Shown here: positions 38,001 through 46,643 of the stretch, one piece after another
How the letters are laid out: every line of letters starts with the position of its first letter
Numbering within the stretch: the stretch's first letter is position 1
NCBI GenBank assembly: GCA_964402965.1
Contig: CAYODY010000001.1
Coordinates: 5,724 to 69,723 of the forward strand
Reading direction: 5' to 3'
DNA from: an uncultured Candidatus Saccharibacteria bacterium
GTDB taxonomy: Bacteria > Patescibacteriota > Doudnabacteria > UBA920
Length of the DNA stretch: 64,000 bases
Position numbers and translations under genes: made by a program
The notes under the pieces: generated by a model
What the model was told of the DNA's origin: nothing
What the model saw: the letters and a program-made list of their open reading frames with translations, nothing else
Database searches by the model: none

Positions 38001-39318
38001 CCGTTGTTACAACGATGCTCTAAATGGGGATAACCTAGAATTCATAAACTTAGAAGGTGATTTGCCAGCAAATGTTTACTGTATTGCATACAACATTGAA
38101 CAAATAGTGCCTTGTGAAGTTACTCCTATTTACGCGGTAAGTGGTGCAGCAACACAATTCCTTGGATTAAAAGAAGGTTCTGCTCCAACTGATTTGAAAA
38201 ACCCAGCAGATTATTCTGGTGGTTCAGCAGGTGCTGTCCCTGTAACTCCAACTGGTTATGCAGGAGCATGGGATGGTTCGGCTTTAGATCCTATTATGAC
38301 TGCCTTACCTGGAGCAGTTTACGTGAGCAATGACACGGTACAACCAACCTTTGGTGGTGGTGCAGGTCACGATGGTTCAGTGGATTCATGGAGACTGTTC
38401 AGCGATACCTTTACTATTCCAGCTGGTGCAACAGGAATATCTTCACCAAGTTTGCACTTTGCAGCGGATAATGAAGTTTCAGTATTCTTTGATGATGTCT
38501 TAATTGGTTCAAGCGCAAGCTTTGGTTCTGTAACCAGCGTTGCTCTTCCGTCACTAACACCAGGAACTCACACATTGAAGTTTGCTGTTAAGAATTACGC
38601 TTTTGACCAAACAAATAACCCAACAGGTGTTATCTATAAGTTAGATACAATTACATATGACTGTGATAGTCATGGCGACTCTCACCGCAACCTAGCTGGT
38701 ATGGTTTATTTGGATGAAGACCAGGATGAAACTAAAGATCCTGAAGAAAATCCAATAGAAGGTCTAACAGTTAAACTTATACGCGCTACTGCAGATGATG
38801 AAGATGAAGACTTGAATTTGGAAGAAGAAGAAATTGCTTCTGATGTCTCTGATGTAGATGGTAATTACTCATTTAGTGATGTAGCTGATGGATGTTATAT
38901 CCTACGTGAAGTCCCTGAATCTTACCAACAAACAGAACCTCCTGTAACACATGAGTATTATGTTAAAGTAGGGGATGCAGATTGTAACTTTAATCTAGTT
39001 ACTTTCGCAGACTACTTGTTTAAAACAGCTAACGCAGCTGACTCTTCTACAGTATTCGTTGCGTACACAGGACAACCACTAAACTTTGGAAACTTTTTGT
39101 CAGGTGGTTCTAATGGTGGTGGTTCAAGAGGCGGCTCTAGTGGAGGTTCTACTCCATTAAATCCACAAGTTTTGGGTGATACCACAACAGTACCTAGCGT
39201 ACTAGGAGCTACTACAGAGCTTCCTCGCACAGGTTCTCCAATCTCAGTACTATTCGTACTAATCACCCTGTTAAGTGGGGCAGTTTTGGCACCAAAAGTG
39301 CTTAAAATTACTCGTTAA
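35053..39318 (+). CDS. giant LPXTG-anchored surface adhesin (1421 aa) with Cys-rich and acidic repeats and Cna-B/SpaA-like modules
   Basis: An N-terminal signal/TM is present. There are DCNPDPCD-type Cys repeats (about 35.80-35.98 kb) and a DDKGDEDDKDDKDDKD acidic repeat (about 36.33-36.38 kb). Prealbumin-like Cna-B motifs are present (SDVDGNYSFSDVADGCYILREVPESYQQTEP; ...VTCTITNTF). A Gly/Ser linker precedes the sorting signal LPRTG (39220-39234), a hydrophobic stretch and the basic tail KVLKITR. Confidence 0.75.
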   Translation: MKYMNNYESSPRSVSSYGTQAKPSFRDLALKSAVFVTAFSMVFSVFMPIAKTAQANHDPFNGQVFVKENKNHKVDICHAPEGQGGAKYNQQNVSIDSIVKNNGHDSHSSDVIPPFHYKEKNNSQNVISYSGKNWNSLNEAIWNADCKVAKLTLLKKVQGGDALATSWTLNADGPVDLSGATGTSAVSNKTVPAAQYTLSETGPSGYSASNWECVNKSTQPVAVTGGNIVTLTDSSEVTCTITNTFIDVEIDPCLLDNIVNEDCNPDPCDELTKNLLTNQVMDCNPCDLESAVNNPDCNPDPCDPNIVASKHDSESNNENDNCPKPKKRYLVIKKVWQGFEGEAGPSNKGEIQVNVNSDLDEEECDYDKKGEFSCKIRFTEGTTVSIDEENIPAGWTVDQSTVGDIVPNCDEDSEDDNVGPFKLFGKKDDKGDEDDKDDKDDKDCTHTIVNVYKPAEPCGTELVANGNFELPEVKDGANWEVFPSGTPGMGWSVNWVRESKDSPVPANMELHEGVNGWLAHSSNQYAELDSDWGGPSSNQNGEDASVVMYQDLITVPGGTYTVSLWTSPRPGQGNAQNKTEVKMGSTLLDTIIEDGSSNSNTVWTKHTYSFVAEESMTRLSITDLGVGNTLGGFVDDVSVKQDCLSNVTICKYDNTETPLSNWNVLLKGDLLETVTVNSNSSTGANSVNALESGQDYLVEVSGTWQNRTFETVDASYTTPDSWSTVLPAPQGGYPDDLLETQINGNFVNWGPYSSGHKYQLTMAGNGSTANFRVFDGDANTNTQFPDWFGDNIGSLTVKIYPVYQGITGVSGCVTLENVPYNSYKLDEIMQAGWENQSGQNTTSVVDSSTETFNLVNKCTGEECRQTKPQLHLIKVVCDDFSDIQGNYSADEYDDTNGNYVHFNNYPEFNNVVKPVNPEEIPSSESGCETRSGWSFTLSSDQNQDQDVQTVTTGESGEYVGDLPESGVLWVSEVMQKGYDFGAIRCYNDALNGDNLEFINLEGDLPANVYCIAYNIEQIVPCEVTPIYAVSGAATQFLGLKEGSAPTDLKNPADYSGGSAGAVPVTPTGYAGAWDGSALDPIMTALPGAVYVSNDTVQPTFGGGAGHDGSVDSWRLFSDTFTIPAGATGISSPSLHFAADNEVSVFFDDVLIGSSASFGSVTSVALPSLTPGTHTLKFAVKNYAFDQTNNPTGVIYKLDTITYDCDSHGDSHRNLAGMVYLDEDQDETKDPEENPIEGLTVKLIRATADDEDEDLNLEEEEIASDVSDVDGNYSFSDVADGCYILREVPESYQQTEPPVTHEYYVKVGDADCNFNLVTFADYLFKTANAADSSTVFVAYTGQPLNFGNFLSGGSNGGGSRGGSSGGSTPLNPQVLGDTTTVPSVLGATTELPRTGSPISVLFVLITLLSGAVLAPKVLKITR

Positions 39319-39365
39319 ACAGGTTGGCATGCATTGAAGCATGAAACTTAGCTAAAACTTAAAAA

Positions 39366-39390
39366 GGGCCCCCTAGAGGGGCTCTTTTTT
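39366..39390 (+). terminator. rho-independent terminator after the adhesin gene
   Basis: GC-rich hairpin GGGCCCCC-tag-AGGGGCTC followed by T6. Confidence 0.6.
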
Positions 39391-39404
39391 GTTATACTAA
39401 AGAC

Positions 39405-40007
39405 ATGAAAACCTATTTTAAATACTTGGGGATTATACTCTTAGCTGTTGTTATTGTTTTCGTATTGCTAAATTTCGATTATTTTAAGAAACAACTGAGT
39501 TATATCTTAAGTAAACCTCAAACAAAACAAGACGACCAAGCGCTAAGTAATAGTGAGAATTTAAAAAGTATAATGGAGCAAAACTTCCTATCTATTCCTA
39601 GTTTAGATATAAAAGCTCCAATTAAATTTGTAACTCAAGCTAATGAAAAAGCTTTCCAAGAAGCTTTAATTGATGGTGTTGTTCAATTTCCGGGAACAGC
39701 TAAAGTTGGAACAGTTGGGAATACATATATTTTTGGTCATTCGTCAGACTTCGCTTTTAGTAAAGGAAAATATAAAACAGTGTTCGCACTACTACCAAGC
39801 ATAGACATAGGCGCGGAAATTATTGTTTCGGACGAATCTGGAAAGGCGTTTACGTATGAGGTGATTAAAAAATTTGTTGCAAGCAAGAAAGATGTGCATT
39901 TGCTGGACCAAAATACAAATGGTGAGAAAATTCTAACTGTTCAAACTTCGTACCCAATAGGAACTGCTTTACAGAGATATATTGTGGTTGCTAGGTTAAG
40001 AGAATAA
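39405..40007 (+). CDS. sortase-family paralogue with Ser at the catalytic-Cys position
   Basis: 200 aa with an N-terminal TM. It aligns with the sortase domain of 5325..6767. The motifs are VVQFPGTAKVGTVGNTYIFGHSS (His conserved), ILTVQTSYPIG (codon tcg where the paralogue has tgt in ALSTCWPIG) and LQRYIVVARL (Arg conserved). It lies immediately downstream of the LPRTG protein. Confidence 0.6.
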   Translation: MKTYFKYLGIILLAVVIVFVLLNFDYFKKQLSYILSKPQTKQDDQALSNSENLKSIMEQNFLSIPSLDIKAPIKFVTQANEKAFQEALIDGVVQFPGTAKVGTVGNTYIFGHSSDFAFSKGKYKTVFALLPSIDIGAEIIVSDESGKAFTYEVIKKFVASKKDVHLLDQNTNGEKILTVQTSYPIGTALQRYIVVARLRE

Positions 40008-40092
40008 TCGCATATATAAGCCATTTTTTGGTTTTCCATGAATGGAATTTGCAAAAACCTTAGGAAAACCCTTGACATCTCCTGAAAAATCC

Positions 40093-40121
40093 TTGATTTT
40101 ACTGGGAAATTTGTATATTAT
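40093..40121 (+). promoter_or_regulatory. sigma70-like promoter for hup
   Basis: TTGATT, a 17-nt spacer, then TATTAT. Confidence 0.45.
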
Positions 40122-40201
40122 GAATTCGTAATCAATTTTCCTTTGGAAAAAACATTAAACAAATCCGTAGCCTAATGGGCGCAGGATTTAAGGATACAAA
40201 C

Positions 40202-40474
40202 ATGACTAAGTCAGAGACTCTAGTAGCCTTGGCAGAAACAACTGGCAAGACAAAAAAAGAAGTAGTAGAAATGTTAGATGCAATCGTTGCATTGGCATAC
40301 AAAGAAACTAAGAAGAGTGGTGAATTCACAATTCCTGGTCTAGGTAAGTTGAAGAAGAAACACCGTGATGCACGTCAAGGACGTAACCCAGCAACTGGTG
40401 AAACTATCCAAATTGCTGCTAAGACAGTTATTAAATTCACTGTTGCTAAAGCTGCTAAGGACGCTATCCTTTAA
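40202..40474 (+). CDS. hup: DNA-binding protein HU
   Basis: MTKSETLVALAETTGKTKKEVVEMLDAIV ... the arm motif RNPATGETIQIAAKTVIKF. 90 aa from Met 40202. Confidence 0.85.
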   Translation: MTKSETLVALAETTGKTKKEVVEMLDAIVALAYKETKKSGEFTIPGLGKLKKKHRDARQGRNPATGETIQIAAKTVIKFTVAKAAKDAIL

Positions 40475-40613
40475 TTTTCAGATAAAACAAAAAAAGACTA
40501 CATTCCACGAAAACAAGCTTCGCTACATTTGCTCGGCTCACGCCAGCAAATTGGGCTCAGATAGTTTTCTTAGGAATTAGTCTTTTTTGTTTATCAAAGT
40601 GAAAGAAAAAACT

Positions 40614-40645
40614 AAAATAAAACCTCGCACAGTGCGAGGTTTTTA
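40614..40645. terminator. bidirectional rho-independent terminator between hup (+) and the receiver gene (-)
   Basis: CCTCGCA-cag-TGCGAGG hairpin flanked by an A-run upstream and a T-run downstream. Confidence 0.6.
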
Positions 40646-41134
40646 ATCAGTAAGAGGGGACATTGGTGTTGTCTTCGGTGGTGGATCTGTTGGTGTTGGC
40701 GTTGTTGGTGAAGTAGTTACTGGTTCAATGGCTTGGTTTGGGTTTGCCAGTACTTCATTTATCTTTTTAAGGATTTCCTCAGTGGTAAAGTATGCCTTCA
40801 CCAGGTAAGCCTGCACATTGAGGGCTTTTGTTTTGAGAATGTCTTTATTGCTCCAAAGGTTAGAAAGGACAATAATTGGAGTTTTGGCAACAGCAGTATC
40901 TTTATGGTGGCGAATCTTTTCAAGGACTTGAAAACCGTCTACTTCAGGAAGCATAAGGTCTAGGAGGACAATATCTGGTTTTTCAGCAATAATAAGGTCA
41001 ATTCCTTGTTGACCATCTTCTGCTTCTTTAACATCAAAGCCGTTAGCGGAGAGTTTGTGGACAACAATTTCACGCATAGCCACATCGTCTTCTACCATAA
41101 CAACTTTAATTTGTTTTGGTGATTGCTCAGCCAT
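40643..41134 (-). CDS. stand-alone response-regulator receiver domain with Pro/Thr-rich tail
   Basis: Key motifs are VVMVEDD, LLDLMLP (phospho-acceptor Asp) and the K-containing loop. There is no DNA-binding output. The C-terminal tail is TTSPTTPTPTDPPPKTTP. Confidence 0.75.
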   Translation of the reverse strand: MAEQSPKQIKVVMVEDDVAMREIVVHKLSANGFDVKEAEDGQQGIDLIIAEKPDIVLLDLMLPEVDGFQVLEKIRHHKDTAVAKTPIIVLSNLWSNKDILKTKALNVQAYLVKAYFTTEEILKKINEVLANPNQAIEPVTTSPTTPTPTDPPPKTTPMSPLTD

Positions 41135-41252
41135 TTTATTTCGTATAGTTAGGCTCTACTTTTGCGTATGTGCATAAGTGAACTTTAAGTAACTAATTAA
41201 AGTATAGCATGATTTATAAAAATACCGTATAATTTAGGTAGAAATTCATATC

Positions 41253-42173
41253 ATGAACTGGTTTTTAATTGCATTACTAAATCCAATACTTCACGCGTTT
41301 ATCAATCACTTTGATAAGTATTTATTGTCTAAGTACATTAAAGGTGGTACTGTTGGCGCATTAATATTATTTTCGGCACTTTTCGCCGTCGTAGCTTTGC
41401 CTGTAATTTTTTTCATTAATCCACAGGTATTGAGTTCAGTAAGTTTTTGGCAAGGATTAATTCTAATGCTGAATGGCGCGCTTCTAACAGTTGCCATTCT
41501 TTTTTATTTGTATGCATTAGATACAGATGAAGCTTCGTATGTTGCACCGTTCTTTCAACTCGTACCTGTTTTCGGGTTCATTACAGGGTTTTTAATTTTA
41601 GGAGAAGTGCTAACATCTCAACAAGTTGTTGCTGGATTGGTTATTCTTGCGGGAAGTTTTTTGCTCTCCTTAGAATTAAACGAGGGTAAAACAAGAATTA
41701 AGAAAAAAATGGTTTTGTTGATGCTTGGCTCATCATTTTTTTATGCCATAAACGCAGTAATATTTAAATCCATCGCAGTACATCAAGGGTTTCTGGATTC
41801 TTTGTTTTGGGATATGGCAGGAAAGTTTTTATTTGGTGTAATTTTGTATTTCGCTGTTGCGTCGTATAGAAAAGAATTTATCCATTTAATCAAAGTAAGT
41901 GGAAAAGCAGTAATCTCGTTAAACGTTTTTAATGAAATAATTGGTTTAATAGGGGAGTTTGCTCTGATTTTCGCAGTTTTGTATGCACCGGTGGCGTTAG
42001 TGCAATCTGTTAGTGGTATGCAACCAGCGTTTGTATTAATCATCGGCGTATTTTTAACTGTATTTTCCCCGAAGTTTGCAGAAGAATCTTTGACCCGAAA
42101 GTTTTTAGCTCAAAAGATTCTAGGAATAGTTATAATTACCATTGGTGTTTATCTATTAGAATTTTCAATTTAA
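41253..42173 (+). CDS. EamA/DMT-family transporter
   Basis: 306 aa with about 10 TM helices in two EamA-like halves. Confidence 0.7.
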   Translation: MNWFLIALLNPILHAFINHFDKYLLSKYIKGGTVGALILFSALFAVVALPVIFFINPQVLSSVSFWQGLILMLNGALLTVAILFYLYALDTDEASYVAPFFQLVPVFGFITGFLILGEVLTSQQVVAGLVILAGSFLLSLELNEGKTRIKKKMVLLMLGSSFFYAINAVIFKSIAVHQGFLDSLFWDMAGKFLFGVILYFAVASYRKEFIHLIKVSGKAVISLNVFNEIIGLIGEFALIFAVLYAPVALVQSVSGMQPAFVLIIGVFLTVFSPKFAEESLTRKFLAQKILGIVIITIGVYLLEFSI

Positions 42174-42182
42174 CAGATATCT

Positions 42183-43091
42183 ATGCTGCCTAAATTTCCA
42201 GTATTCAAAAAATTAGAACTTAGTGACCAAATAGACATCGAAAAAATTACATCAAAATATCAACCTTATTCCGATTTTGATTTTTTTAGTATGTGGTCTT
42301 GGGATGTACTTGGAACTTACAGGATTTCTGAGTTGAACGGGAATTTAGTAGTAGTACTTCTAGACCACTTTACAAATGATCCTGTCTACTCATTTATAGG
42401 TAATAATCAATCAGAAAAAACAATTAAGCAACTCTTCGCTTTTTTTGAAATTATTGATAACCCTACTCCTGTAATGAAATTAATCCCTGAAATTTCTCTC
42501 CAGGATGTAAACTTTAAAAAATACCTCATAGAAATTGATTTAAATAATTACGACTATGTTTATAGTACAATGGAGTTATCAACCTATGAAGGATCTAAAT
42601 TCAGCGGGAAAAGAAAATTATCGAATAGATTTTTTAAAAACCATAATAACGTTGAATTGAAATTGCATGATTTAAAATCAGATTTTGTTAAGTCTGAAAT
42701 AATTAATTTTTCAAAATATTGGAAAAGCCAAAAGACAACGGAAGTTGATGGGTTGGATTTACAAAAAGAATTGACTGCGATTCAGAGGTTTTTGGATGCT
42801 AATTTCGAAGAATCGTTTTGCACTCTTTTGTATGCTGATCAAAAAATGGTTGGGTATCAATTATTTACTCCGTCAACGCACGGATATGCAATTTGCCACT
42901 TCGGTAAATCAGACGTTAATTTTAATGGGGCCTTTGAATATATGATGAGTGAAAGTTGCAAATTGCTGGTTAATAAAAATATACAATTCCTTAATACAGA
43001 AGAAGATTTGGGAATACAGCAGCTGAGGTTTACCAAAAATTCATATCATCCAATTACACTACTCAGGAAATACACAATCAAAACCTTGTAA
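42183..43091 (+). CDS. hypothetical protein, possibly DUF2156-like (MprF C-terminal aminoacyl-transferase-like fold)
   Basis: 302 aa, soluble. The N-terminal motif YSDFDFFSMWSWDV recalls the DUF2156/LPG_synthase_C family. The assignment is from memory and weak. Confidence 0.35.
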   Translation: MLPKFPVFKKLELSDQIDIEKITSKYQPYSDFDFFSMWSWDVLGTYRISELNGNLVVVLLDHFTNDPVYSFIGNNQSEKTIKQLFAFFEIIDNPTPVMKLIPEISLQDVNFKKYLIEIDLNNYDYVYSTMELSTYEGSKFSGKRKLSNRFFKNHNNVELKLHDLKSDFVKSEIINFSKYWKSQKTTEVDGLDLQKELTAIQRFLDANFEESFCTLLYADQKMVGYQLFTPSTHGYAICHFGKSDVNFNGAFEYMMSESCKLLVNKNIQFLNTEEDLGIQQLRFTKNSYHPITLLRKYTIKTL

Positions 43092-43127
43092 ATCATGATA
43101 TAATTTATATGTCAATATTAAAAAAAT

Positions 43128-43955
43128 ATGATAAAAGACTTTTTTAAGCAATTTATTGATAGTAAATGGACTAAGATACTATCCGCGATATTCGCCATAC
43201 TAGTAATATGGTGGATAACTATATTCGCCAGAGGGTTAGAAGAAGGGTTTGAAAATGACTATTTCACCTTAGCTTACCCAATTTTGGCTTTAATGGGTGG
43301 AGTTGCTGGTTTGGTGTTCGCAAGAAAATGGGGTGGATTTAAGAGTAAATTAGGAATGTCCATTTATATGTTTTCTTTTGGTTTGCTTGCACAATTTTTT
43401 GGACAATTACTCTACAGTTATTATATCTTCATTTTAGGTGTAGAAGTTCCATATCCTTCATTAGGTGATGCAAGCTATTTGGCAAGCGTAGTGTTCTATA
43501 TATTTGGTTCTTACGAACTTGCAAAAGTCAGTGGGATTAAACTTAGTTTTAAATCAATTTCTGGAAAATTAAAGTCATTCGGAATACCATTATTAATTCT
43601 TGTAGTATCTTATTTGGTATTAATGAAAGATTATGATTTTACTTCTGCTACACCGCTCTTGTTATTTTTCGACTTTGGATTCCCAATCGGCCAAGCAATC
43701 TATGTTTCTTTCGCAATATTGGCACTACTAATATCTAAAGATATTCTTGGCGGTATGATGCGAAAACCAATTATGCTTTTGATTCTCGCCTTGATATTGC
43801 AATTCATCTCAGATTTCTCGTTCTCTTATCAGTTTAGCCAAGGTGTGGTCTACACTGGAGACATCCTAGACTTACTTTACTGTACATCTTACTTCCTCAT
43901 GGCAATATCACTATTCTCAATAGGAAATATGTTCTATAAAGTTCAAGAATCCTAA
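43128..43955 (+). CDS. hypothetical polytopic membrane protein (possible sensor module)
   Basis: 275 aa with about 7 TM helices. It sits upstream of a TM-less GAF histidine kinase. Confidence 0.45.
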   Translation: MIKDFFKQFIDSKWTKILSAIFAILVIWWITIFARGLEEGFENDYFTLAYPILALMGGVAGLVFARKWGGFKSKLGMSIYMFSFGLLAQFFGQLLYSYYIFILGVEVPYPSLGDASYLASVVFYIFGSYELAKVSGIKLSFKSISGKLKSFGIPLLILVVSYLVLMKDYDFTSATPLLLFFDFGFPIGQAIYVSFAILALLISKDILGGMMRKPIMLLILALILQFISDFSFSYQFSQGVVYTGDILDLLYCTSYFLMAISLFSIGNMFYKVQES

Positions 43956-43966
43956 GTAAAACAAAC

Positions 43967-44272
43967 ATGGAAACTCTCACAAAAACAATGACAATTTTTG
44001 ATCAAATTTCAGTAAGAATAATCAAAGAGCAAGAACTTGTAATTGGACCATTAGCATGGGACGAAGCCAAAAAAGTTTCAGGTTTAACTGTGGTGGATCA
44101 AGCTAAAGGGGAAGTTACTATGGACGGAGATCCAAAAGTTATCCTAAATAGTTTAGTTGCCCAATACTCCAAACTGTTTGGTCGTGTATCTGCAGAAGTC
44201 TGTAAAGATGCGGTTCAAGATATTATCGCCGAACTTCCACAAGACCAAGTACCAGATAGCCTTAAAGCATAA
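43967..44272 (+). CDS. hypothetical small protein
   Basis: 101 aa; coding-like; no motif recognised. Confidence 0.35.
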   Translation: METLTKTMTIFDQISVRIIKEQELVIGPLAWDEAKKVSGLTVVDQAKGEVTMDGDPKVILNSLVAQYSKLFGRVSAEVCKDAVQDIIAELPQDQVPDSLKA

Positions 44273-44338
44273 TAGAGGCACTAGCTAATTTCGGCGACTT
44301 CACTACTGAATAGCCATATAACGCAAATAAAAACTAAA

Positions 44339-45730
44339 ATGCCACCACAAACTGCATCCAACAGCAATTTGGAAGAGATTAACAAAGAAATTTACAAGCA
44401 TAGCCTTGAGCTGGCTATTGTAAATAAAACTTTATCTCTTTTAAAAAAGCTCTACCAAATTAGTCTTTTAACACTTAACCCGGCATCTCTTTCCGAAAAA
44501 GTTTCGGATACAGTCCGGGTTGATTTAAATATGGAAGCCGTTGGTGTGTTTTTGTATAACACAGAAAAAGATTTTCTTACTCCTTTTAAATTTGCTAAAT
44601 CAGATAGATTCACGAAAACTTTAGATAAAAATAAAGTTAAACTTGATGAGGTTTTAATAGAAAAAGCATGTACAAATGACTTTTTAAAAAGCATCCTTTC
44701 AGAAAAAAAACTTGCTGAAACTTCTAACCTTTCGGATGTGTGGAATGGAGTGGTGGATACAAAACAACTTCATGCTATTTCGAATGAATCACATATTAAA
44801 ACATTATTACTCTACCCATTGGTTGCACAAGATAAAGTAATTGGTTTGCTAATTTTAGCGCTAAACCGAGAGTACGAAATTTTAAGTAATTACGAAAAAG
44901 ATTCTATTAATAGCTTTAACGATGTAGTCGCAGTTGCTTTGGACAAAGCGTTAATTTATGAACAGTTGCAAGAAGCAAATAAACAATTGTTGGCGCTAGA
45001 CAAAGCTCGCGCTGAATTCATCTCTATTGCTAGTCATCAACTGCGTACACCTCCTGCCACCATTAAATGGTACTTGGGGTCTGTATTGGCTGGCGACTTT
45101 GGTGAACTGTCAGAAGAACTTTCCGCCGCGCTTAAACGTACCAATGTAACGAACGATGCGCAAATTGCAACGATTGATGATCTTCTAAACGCCTCTCGCA
45201 TTGAACGTGGCAAACTTGAATTCTTCTTCGAAGAAAACCCACTTGAACCTATAGTCTCATCTTTGGTAGAACAAATGCAACCTCTTGCTCAAATGAAAAA
45301 GCAGTCCATAGAATACACTCCTCCAAGCGGGAAACTTCCTAACATTTTAATGGACAAAGAAAAGATTCGTCAGGTCATAAATAACATGATAGACAACTCC
45401 ATTAAATACTCCAAAGCTGGGCCAATTAAAGCAGTTCTAAAACAAGAGAAAGAAAATCTTGTTGTGAGCGTTACAGATACTGGAAAAGGAATTGCCAAAG
45501 CTGAGCTTAATACTATTTTTGAAAAGTACAAACGAGGCAATGACTCCGTCACACATGCTACCGGTCTGGGATTGGGTATGTATGTTGCCAAAGTTATTGT
45601 AGAGCAGCACAATGGCCGTATTTGGGCGGAAAGCCCTGGAGTAGGGCTTGGGTCCACTTTTAGCTTTAGCCTCCCAATTCATAGCGAATTAACGGCTACT
45701 ACGGTGGATTTAGCCTCCCAAATTGCCTAG
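44339..45730 (+). CDS. cytoplasmic sensor histidine kinase with GAF domain
   Basis: The HisKA H-box is FISIASHQLRTPPATI and the HATPase G-boxes are DTGKGI and GLGLGMYVAKVIVEQHNGRIWAES. The N-terminal ~220 aa are GAF-like. No TM segments. Confidence 0.8.
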   Translation: MPPQTASNSNLEEINKEIYKHSLELAIVNKTLSLLKKLYQISLLTLNPASLSEKVSDTVRVDLNMEAVGVFLYNTEKDFLTPFKFAKSDRFTKTLDKNKVKLDEVLIEKACTNDFLKSILSEKKLAETSNLSDVWNGVVDTKQLHAISNESHIKTLLLYPLVAQDKVIGLLILALNREYEILSNYEKDSINSFNDVVAVALDKALIYEQLQEANKQLLALDKARAEFISIASHQLRTPPATIKWYLGSVLAGDFGELSEELSAALKRTNVTNDAQIATIDDLLNASRIERGKLEFFFEENPLEPIVSSLVEQMQPLAQMKKQSIEYTPPSGKLPNILMDKEKIRQVINNMIDNSIKYSKAGPIKAVLKQEKENLVVSVTDTGKGIAKAELNTIFEKYKRGNDSVTHATGLGLGMYVAKVIVEQHNGRIWAESPGVGLGSTFSFSLPIHSELTATTVDLASQIA

Positions 45731-45783
45731 CTTGCCAACGGAAAAACGACTCAAACTCAAATTCAATATGATATACTAAACCT

Positions 45784-46638
45784 ATGGTAAAAAAGACATT
45801 TGCTATAGGGTTTTTAATTATTTTCTTACTTGGTGGACTCGGACTTTGGCGAGTGTACCGGTCTTATGAAAATCGTAAAGCAGAGGCTTTGGCGCGAATG
45901 CAAGCGAAGGTTGCAGAAGTTACAGTTACTACAATTGAGGGCTGGAGCAATGTAGAAGTTGCGGAATATTTAGAAAAGCAAGGCTTGTTTTCAAAGAGTG
46001 AATTTTTATCTGCTTTAAACAAATTCGACACATCGAAATTCCCATTAGTTCATGCAAGACCTGCAAATACAAGTTTGGAAGGTTATCTTTTTCCAGATAC
46101 GTACCGATTTAGTAAAGATGTAAAACCTGAAGAGGTGATTTCAAAAATGCTTGCGAATTTTTCATCCAGATTAGAAACTATTGGCGTTAGTTCAACAGAC
46201 ATTGCAAGTAATCAAAAATTTAATGGCTTGTCTTTGTACGAAGTAGTAACTTTGGCATCTATTGTCGAAAAAGAGAGCGGTGGAAAAGGTGCAGTGAGTG
46301 GAACGCTTTCTTTGCAAGATGAACGCAATCTTGTTGCAGGGGTTTTCTTTAACAGATTAAAAATCGGCCAAGCTTTGGAAAGTGATGCCACTATTAACTA
46401 CATAACAGGTAAAAACAATCCTTCTCCTTTGTTTAAAGATTTAGAAGTTAACTCAGCGTATAACACCTATAAAAACCCTGGTCTACCTCCAGGGCCAATT
46501 TGTAATCCATCTTTAGGTAGTATTCGTGCTGTGCTAAGTCCTGCTAAAACAGATTATATGTATTTCCAGCATGCGCAACCAAGTGGAAAAGTAGATTTTA
46601 GTAAAACTTTCCAAGAGCACGTTAGTAAAAAACAATAG
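45784..46638 (+). CDS. mltG: endolytic murein transglycosylase MltG (YceG-like)
   Basis: An N-terminal TM is followed by the YceG domain. ASIVEKES carries the catalytic Glu, and YNTYKNPGLPPGPICNPS is the hallmark motif. Confidence 0.8.
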   Translation: MVKKTFAIGFLIIFLLGGLGLWRVYRSYENRKAEALARMQAKVAEVTVTTIEGWSNVEVAEYLEKQGLFSKSEFLSALNKFDTSKFPLVHARPANTSLEGYLFPDTYRFSKDVKPEEVISKMLANFSSRLETIGVSSTDIASNQKFNGLSLYEVVTLASIVEKESGGKGAVSGTLSLQDERNLVAGVFFNRLKIGQALESDATINYITGKNNPSPLFKDLEVNSAYNTYKNPGLPPGPICNPSLGSIRAVLSPAKTDYMYFQHAQPSGKVDFSKTFQEHVSKKQ

Positions 46639-46643
46639 AAAAA

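Noticed and set aside
40365-40580. 71-aa ORF overlapping the hup 3' end and terminator region.
   Set aside because: It overlaps a strongly supported gene in another frame and runs through inverted-repeat or terminator sequence. It has no RBS.
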